A DNA stretch of 64,000 nucleotides, taken from positions 12,152,001 through 12,216,000 of the forward strand of contig OZ024749.1 in assembly GCA_964016885.1 (NCBI GenBank), written 5' to 3'. This DNA comes from Eledone cirrhosa. Its lineage: Eukaryota. Shown piece after piece: positions 57,041-64,000 of the stretch. How positions within the stretch are numbered: the stretch's first letter is position 1; each line of letters starts with the position of its first letter. The notes beneath the pieces are model-generated. The model was not told the DNA's origin and did no database searches. It saw only the letters and a program-made list of their open reading frames with translations. The translations under genes and the position numbers were made by a program.

Positions 57041-59412
57041 TCAAAATCAATTAAGGTCCATTCCAACTTTTCACAATAATTATCTCAATCACTGATAGAT
57101 GTCATTAAATCTTTATTCAACAAATTTCAGTTAAATGATGTTTGCAATAAATAAAGAAAAGAAATTAAATAACTAAAGAGGAAGCGGGGCAGATTTTAGA
57201 GCTGAGTTTAGGCAGTATATCTCAGCTGCACCCCACAAAGATGAACAGCCAGCAACACCTGCTGCATCAGCCTCACCACCTCACAGTGTTCTTTCCCCAT
57301 GTGTGATTTCACAAAGGAAAACAGCAGTTCAGAGATAGGAGCCAGCAGAGGTCTCCATGGCGATCAGTAGAAATGAATTCTAAATATTGTTAACGGGGGT
57401 TTAGTCATGAAACAACTATTCACAGGCAACTCTAAAATTGTGCCCACAATGCAGTAAAAACTGACTTATTACCTGGAAGCTTCATGATTTGTTCAGCTGA
57501 AGAACCCCCCCCCCCCCCCCTCTCCGTCACATTTGCGATATATGGCATCTCAAATAGTTATGTCAAAAGCATCTACTATAGTATCTTCATTATTTCCTGC
57601 TTGGTGACCTCTTTCTTTGTCACAGTGATAGTATTTAGAAGGATATATCCTGACTCTAAATGCTACCATTCTTTACAGCTCAGTACAATAATGCCCTGGC
57701 TTGTCATACAACTCTTTTCCTAAGTTCAGCATTTTATTTTGTAGTCTGAGTCTTATAATGTTTGACATTATTCCCCAAATAAAAGCATCCATTATCAATT
57801 TTTTTGTATATAGTTTAGTTAAATTAATGTTAAAATATGTTAAAAAATGTTAAAAAAACATAGAATCACAATTTTGCAGATTATGACTTAAGATGGCGTT
57901 ATCATGAAAGAGATAAGAATTGATACTTATTTGAGTAAAATGTTTTCAGAGCAACGGTGACTGTAGAGCAGTACTGGGGCTTGGTTTCAACTAAGTAGCC
58001 CAACAGTTAAATCTATATTTCAAACCAAGGAATATATTAGAATCCTACATTAACTCTTGATTTGAAACCCCAAAAAGTGTGATACATGTTGACAAATTCC
58101 TATCCAAACTATTAAATATAAAATAATCCTGAATGCTTTTAATATTCCTAATGAAATATACTATGTCATTAACCGTTTACTACCATATTTCTAATGAAAT
58201 ATATTGTCTGTCATTAACCCTTTTACTACCATATTTCTAATGAAATATACTGTCTATGTCATTAACCCTTTCATTACCAAATTTCTATTGTCTATGGTTT
58301 TCAAATAACTTATGAAATAATCAAGAATTTAGAAGGATTTATTATGATAATATGACTTTCTCGTTATTAGTGTTTAGAATTCAGCAGAAAAGTTCTTAAA
58401 GGTTTAACATGAATATTTTAAAACAAAACATTGTTCATCATAGAGCCAGGGACAGTTTCAGGCAGATTGATATCAAAAGGATTACTTGATCTGGTTAGCA
58501 ACATTTCTTGGAAGACAGATAATGTGTGTTTGTTTGTATAAATATATATCATCATCATCATTTAACATCCTATATATATATACTGTATATATATAAGAAT
58601 AATGGCAATCACTCAATGACAAAAGAGTTGTGAAAAGAGCTGGTCAGAGCATAGACATCAATTAATATTACCTAGACAAACATATCCCAGACTTGATGTA
58701 GATATATAGATATGAAGGCACAAGAAAGACTAAAGTTTAAGCAAAGAATCGCTGCTTTCACCCTTAACGGGATCTTCTGAAACTAACAAAGTCAATCTGT
58801 AAACGCAGAAGTGGATATTTTAAAAAACGTTGCAACCGGAAGAAGACAGGAAGACGATACTTTGGTTCGTGGAAACGTTCGCTGGCAAAGAACGGGAAAA
58901 AACGAATAAGATACGTCATTAATAGGAGCGGTGAAAAACAATTACGTGCAAAGACAGAACCACGTTTATGGCATAAAAGAGGTCGTAGACTAATGTTCTC
59001 TTAGGTGGTTCATAGAGACGTTCTCTGCCAATGAACGAAAAAAACGAAGATAATACGTCATATGTGGAGCGTGGGAAACAATAGCACGCAAGGACAAAAC
59101 CACGTAAATGGTATAGCAGAAGTCGTAGACTAAAATTCTAACTAGGAGACCGAATGAATCTCCGCTACAGAGTTAAGAACAAAGTAAATAAATACAATAC
59201 AGAAGTAATAGAAATAAATAAATACATACACAAGCATACGCAAAACACTTACCATAGGTATACATGATCGTACTATCCATTAGGGTATAACGTGGGGCTG
59301 TAATACAGGAAAGTTTTGTGCAATTTATGTTTACAAGCCGAAATTGCCTCAGATTTTTTGTTTAAGATGTGGTCTGTGGCGTAGAGTATTTCCAGGGCCT
59401 CAGCGGCGCAGC

Positions 59413-59871
59413 TACAAATGTAAGGTTGTAACACCCACGTCCCGTAGGGCCTACATAGGGTTAACCGCCAATAGATTCAAGCAGCGTCTTTACACGCATA
59501 CCCATTCTTTTCGTTACCCTCTAAGAAGGAATATGACGTCACTTTCAGCTTATATCTGGAGTCTAAAAGACAACCACACCCAATATAAGTTACACTGGGA
59601 GATCCTAGCTAGGGCTAGATCGTATAACGGAAATAAAAGACCTTGTGACCTCTGCGCCACTGAGGCCCTGGAAATACTCTACACCACAGACCACATCTTA
59701 AACAAAAAATCTGAGGCAATTTCGGCTTGTAAACATAAATTGCACAAAACTTTCCTGTATTACAGCCCCACGTTATACCCTAATGGATTGTACGATCTAT
59801 ACGTGGATATTTTACGTCTTGATGTGGGAGCTAAGTATATGTTTTATTTATACCATTACTTATTTGCATAG
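59413..59871 (+). CDS. PLE GIY-YIG endonuclease, 5'-truncated; the first ~23 aa of the track ORF come from the inverted arm
   Basis: YKCKV...AYIGLTANRFKQRLYTHTHSF...TSLSAYIWSLK...WEIL...CDLCATE...LNKKSE...CKHK. Confidence 0.8.
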   Translation, partial: YKCKVVTPTSRRAYIGLTANRFKQRLYTHTHSFRYPLRRNMTSLSAYIWSLKDNHTQYKLHWEILARARSYNGNKRPCDLCATEALEILYTTDHILNKKSEAISACKHKLHKTFLYYSPTLYPNGLYDLYVDILRLDVGAKYMFYLYHYLFA

Positions 59872-60727
59872 GTAAGTATATATTACCCGTATCTTTCGTG
59901 AAGGTACGTATACCTTCTCGTACGTATATTTGATTGTTTATGTTATGGCGTATAAACTTTTTTTATTTTTTTTATTCTGGTACATATGGTTTGGCTATGT
60001 GTATACGGGAGTTTTGCGTCTGTGTGAGTATGCAGGTTTGTACGTATGTAGGGTGTGTGTATATGTGTACTTCATGTTTTGGTTGACTTACGTCTCCGAA
60101 CATTTGTGTATTTACATGTAGGTATGTGTGTGCGCTTGTTATTTACGTATTTATTTATTTATATACGTTTATATAATTATTTATTTATTTATTTGTATAC
60201 ACGCATACACACACACACACATATTTATATGTGTGTGGTTTTGTATACCTATGGTAAGTGTTTTGCGTATGCTTGTGTATGTACGTATTTGTTTGTGTGT
60301 ATGTATTTATTTATTTCTATTACTTCTGTATTGTATTTATTTACTTTGTTCTTAACTCTGTAGCGGAGATTCATTCGGTCTCCTAGTTAGAATTTTAGTC
60401 TACGACTTCTGCTATACCATTTACGTGGTTTTGTCTTTGCGTGCTATTGTTCTCCACGCTCCACATATGACGTATTATCTTCGTTTTTTTCGTTCATTGG
60501 CAGAGAACGTCTCTATGAACCACCTAAGAGAACATTAGTCTACGACCTCTTTTATGCCATAAAGGTGGCTCTGTCTTTACGCGTAATTGTTTTTCACCGC
60601 TCCTATTAATGACGTATCTTATTCGTTTTTCCCCGTTCTTTGCCAGCGAACGTTTCCACGAACCAAAGTATCGTCTTCCTGTCTTCTTCCGGTTGCAACG
60701 TTTTTTGAAATATCCACTTCTGCGTTT

Positions 60728-60803
60728 ACAGATTGACTTTGTTAGTTTCAGAAGATCCCGTTAAGGGTGAAAGCAGCGATTCTTTGCTTAAACTTTAATC
60801 TGT
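60728..60803 (+). ncRNA. Type I hammerhead-like ribozyme with non-canonical CAGAAGA core
   Basis: ACAGATTGA-ctttgtt-AGTTT-CAGAAGA-TCCC gttaa GGGT-GAAA-GCAG cgattct TTGC-TT|AAACT-TTAATCTGT; identical inverted copy at ~58731-58800. Confidence 0.65.
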
Positions 60804-62489
60804 TATTTTAATAAATATTTGCTCTACGGTTCTTATATATTTGATATATATTTATCCTTATCGAGCCCTCTTTGGATTTTAGTCTTGAAATTTATTATTA
60901 TTAATATATATATATATATAATGGACGTTAAACGATGATGATGATGACACACACTGACCAAAGCAACAGAAACATAAGGTAGGGGGAGGGGGTATTTCAT
61001 GACCATATTTCTAACAACAATATATACTACCTTTCTTTTTTTAATTTATTATCAGGAATTATCAGAGTTTTAGTGGAATAACTTTCAACACAACAAAAGA
61101 CAGATATTTAATTACTGAAATTGAATATTATCTTTTGTGCAAATAATGAGATTTCATTACGATTTTTAATTTTAATTTAAACACTTCAACAGTTTCAGGG
61201 AGGTTGGTGGTGAAATGGTTAAAACTAATCTGATGGGGAAATCAATTCAGAAATGATAGTTAAATATCAAAGAATTGAACTCTACAATATTAGAAACTGG
61301 GCTGAGAAAAATCATTATTTAATGAAACTGTAAGCCTGATTGAATAATGACTGTTAGAGAAAAGTTTTTAAATAAAAACATGCTGCATCTGTCTTTCTCA
61401 AAAGAATTGTATAAGTGAAGCTGTTAAAAAAAATAAAATAAAATCATAACTGGTTTATGACTTCCATCTGTTGGTAATAACGATGTGTTATGACACATTC
61501 TCTAGTGCCAGCTTTATCACTTGCGCTATGAGCCTGGGAGTTGCTACAATGAGGGTGAGCAGAAATTGATTAAACACCATTCATTCAAAAGACATTTTTG
61601 AAAAGTACAAAACAACACTATGACTGGATCACATTAAATATTGAAGTTTTTAATACTTCCCATTTTCACAACAATCTTTCCACTAGTAAAGATACTGTAA
61701 ACATTTAAATTAACAAATCCATTTTTAGACACTTTCTGGTAAAACATTACAGAATGTTAACAATTCCATTTCATGCTGGTTGTAAGACTTCCAGTGTCTT
61801 CAATCACCAGACTATTTCTCTCATCTGCTAATATATATGAGAGCATCATGTGTGAGGTAGGAGCTCCAAAGGGTGCAATGGCTGATATCACTAACAAAGC
61901 TTTAGCTATTGTGTCTGCAAGATGTATCTGAGATATGCTGTTAACCTGACAATGTTTTTTGTTCCTATCAACGCCAATACTTATTTTTCTTTCAAGTCAG
62001 GCATCAATATCTTTTTGTCTGCTAAATCAGGGATCATAACCAGTAAATATGAACACTTGCATATATTGACCAAATTTTACTCCCAAGGTATTTGTCAACC
62101 CAAGACATGCCCAAGGTGCCAAACAGTGGATTGAACCCAAAACCACAAGGTTGCAAGGCAAACTCCTTGACTACATGGCCATGTTCATGCTTGTGTGTCT
62201 GAAATATGTTGTCGCTTAAAAAAAAAAAAAAACTCCTTTTGTCACAAAAAATGCTCAAGTAATGATTCCTTAATTAAGCATAAACTGTTTGTAAGTTGGA
62301 AGTAATTAAAAGTCTTGCTCAACAGTACAACAGCACAATGCTTACAGAGTGACTCACAAGCTAAAGTTCCAATCAGGACATAATTACTGTAATTTGAAAG
62401 ACAAAAAATTATTTCTTTTGGGAAAACCAAATGTAATAGGGTGCAGTCAAGTGAATTAAGTATAATAATATATATATATATTTATAGAG

Positions 62490-63087
62490 AGAGAGAGAGG
62501 ATAGTAAGTTCAAGCATAATCTACAATGGGAGGACCAAAGATGTGAGATATTCAGGATTGTGAGGCAATGTGTCAAGGAGAACTGTGATATTGTCAGGGA
62601 GACGTGTGTCCGTAATGACAATGGTGTACTTGCCCTCACAGACAGTGATAAGAAGGTAGATTGGAAGTGTCACTAAGAGAGAGACGACTGAATGTGGAGA
62701 ATGAATGGAATAAATAAAGATAGACTGCCCCACATCGATCCAACAGAAGGACCAGACGTGCTAGTTAATGGTAGTGAAGTAAGTAAGGCAAGCCAGCTGG
62801 GCCTTCGGGGATAGTTGCTGAAATGTTGAAGGTATCTGGAATGGTGAGACATACTATGGTCACCTGGATAGTAAACTAAGTAATACAGAATGGGGGCATA
62901 CCAAATGACTGGCGTAGCAACAGTATCATCAACTGTTGCAAGGGCAAAGGAGACACCCTGGATAGAGGTAACTATAGGGGTATTAAATTAGTTGACCAAG
63001 TCATGGAAGCCACAGAAGAGTTATTACTCAACTGATTAGAGACTAAATTTATCTAGATGAAATACAGTTTGGGTTTGTGCCAGGTAA
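62490..63087 (+). mobile_element. Degraded RTE LINE fragment
   Basis: [52 protein letters not shown]. Confidence 0.88.
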
Positions 63088-63089
63088 AA

Positions 63090-63121
<32 letters not shown>

Positions 63122-63409
63122 CATATATACATACATATATACATATATACATACATACATATATACATACATACATATATATATATACATACATACATAC
63201 ATACATACATATACATACATACATACATACATATATATACATACATACATACATACATATATATATATACATACATACATATATATACATACATACATAT
63301 ATATACATACATACATATATATACATACATACATACATACATATATATATACATACATACATATATATATACATACATATATATATACATACATACATAC
63401 TTACGTATG

Positions 63410-63441
<32 letters not shown>

Positions 63442-63473
63442 TATGTATGTATATATGTATGTATGTGTATATA
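63088..63473. repeat. (TACA/TA)n microsatellite with an inverted (TATG)n end
   Basis: Polarity flips at CATACTTACGTATG (~63402). Confidence 0.9.
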
Positions 63474-63475
63474 CA

Positions 63476-64000
63476 CAATTTTCAACTGACATCAAAATGA
63501 AATTTGGTGAGTCCAAGTGTGCATATTTGGCAGTAAAACGTGGAAGAGCTGTGCCCTCCTCTAGAAATCTAGAGATGAACGGCCTGACAATACAACCTCT
63601 GCAGTCAGGTGACAACTACAGATATCTTGGACAGGATGAGAATATCAGATATGATGGACCCATAAATAAGGAGAAAACCAGAACTGAATACCTCAGAAGA
63701 GTAAAGAAAATATGGTCATCAGAACTGTCAGCATACAACAAATACATTGCCCACAATACTTATGCTGTGCCAATTCTAACGCCAACATTTGGCCTACTGA
63801 ACTGGTCATTGCAAGAACTAAGTGAGATGGATGTTAGAACTCGAAAACTTCTCAGTGTTACTGGGAACTTTAACATCAATGGTGATGTGGATAGGCTATA
63901 CTTCTCACGCAAGGAAGGTGGCCGGGGTCTAAAATCAATATTAACAACATATGAGACCCGGATAGTGACACTGAAGCAACACCTTCAACAGAGGAAAAAG
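63476..64000 (+). mobile_element. Dong/R4-clade non-LTR retrotransposon, 5'-truncated; RT thumb region open to the window end
   Basis: 175 stop-free codons: [15 protein letters not shown]...YRYLG...[19 protein letters not shown]...[14 protein letters not shown]...DVRTRKLL...[18 protein letters not shown]. Confidence 0.85.

Larger units (their letters stand above)
58727..60900 (+). mobile_element. Penelope-like element: 5'-truncated sense copy (59412-~60900) preceded by an inverted copy of its 3' part (58727-59411)
   Basis: GIY-YIG ORF remnant; arms 58731-59411 and 59652-60797 are reverse complements apart from a ~444-bp gap. Confidence 0.88.

Noticed and set aside
57180-57720. Coding-like composition
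   Set aside because: Stops interrupt the plausible frames and no family is recognisable; the same applies to 26690-26944 and 61750-62070
59798-60241. Spliced-out PLE intron explaining the gap in the left arm
   Set aside because: Boundaries are not GT-AG on either strand; microhomology fits better
58548-60946. Inverted (CAT)n/(GAT)n RTE tails flanking the PLE as part of one element
   Set aside because: Such short tails occur beside (TA)n throughout the window, so coincidence is likely

Overview
AT-rich, microsatellite-rich animal genomic DNA. The repeat content (RTE LINEs with (GAT)n tails, tRNA-derived Nin-, Meta- and CORE-type SINEs, TTAA-flanked MITEs) suggests an octopod cephalopod; this is inference. 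I could not support any host protein-coding gene, so the window looks intergenic or intronic. It is a dense mobile-element landscape: several RTE copies (one with a long intact ORF carrying a PHD finger inside the RT), a CR1, CRE-like and Dong/R4-like fragments, two GIY-YIG Penelope-like elements (PLEs), a non-autonomous Helitron, piggyBac-like and hAT MITEs, and many minisatellites, several seeded from TE ends. The most interesting signal is a set of type I hammerhead ribozyme motifs in PLE-like termini, many caught in fold-back palindromes. They include an intact minimal hammerhead (55495-55555, minus), a non-canonical CAGAAGA-core hammerhead present in two inverted copies (60728-60803 and ~58727-58800), and several decayed relics. 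All calls were made by eye and coordinates are approximate.
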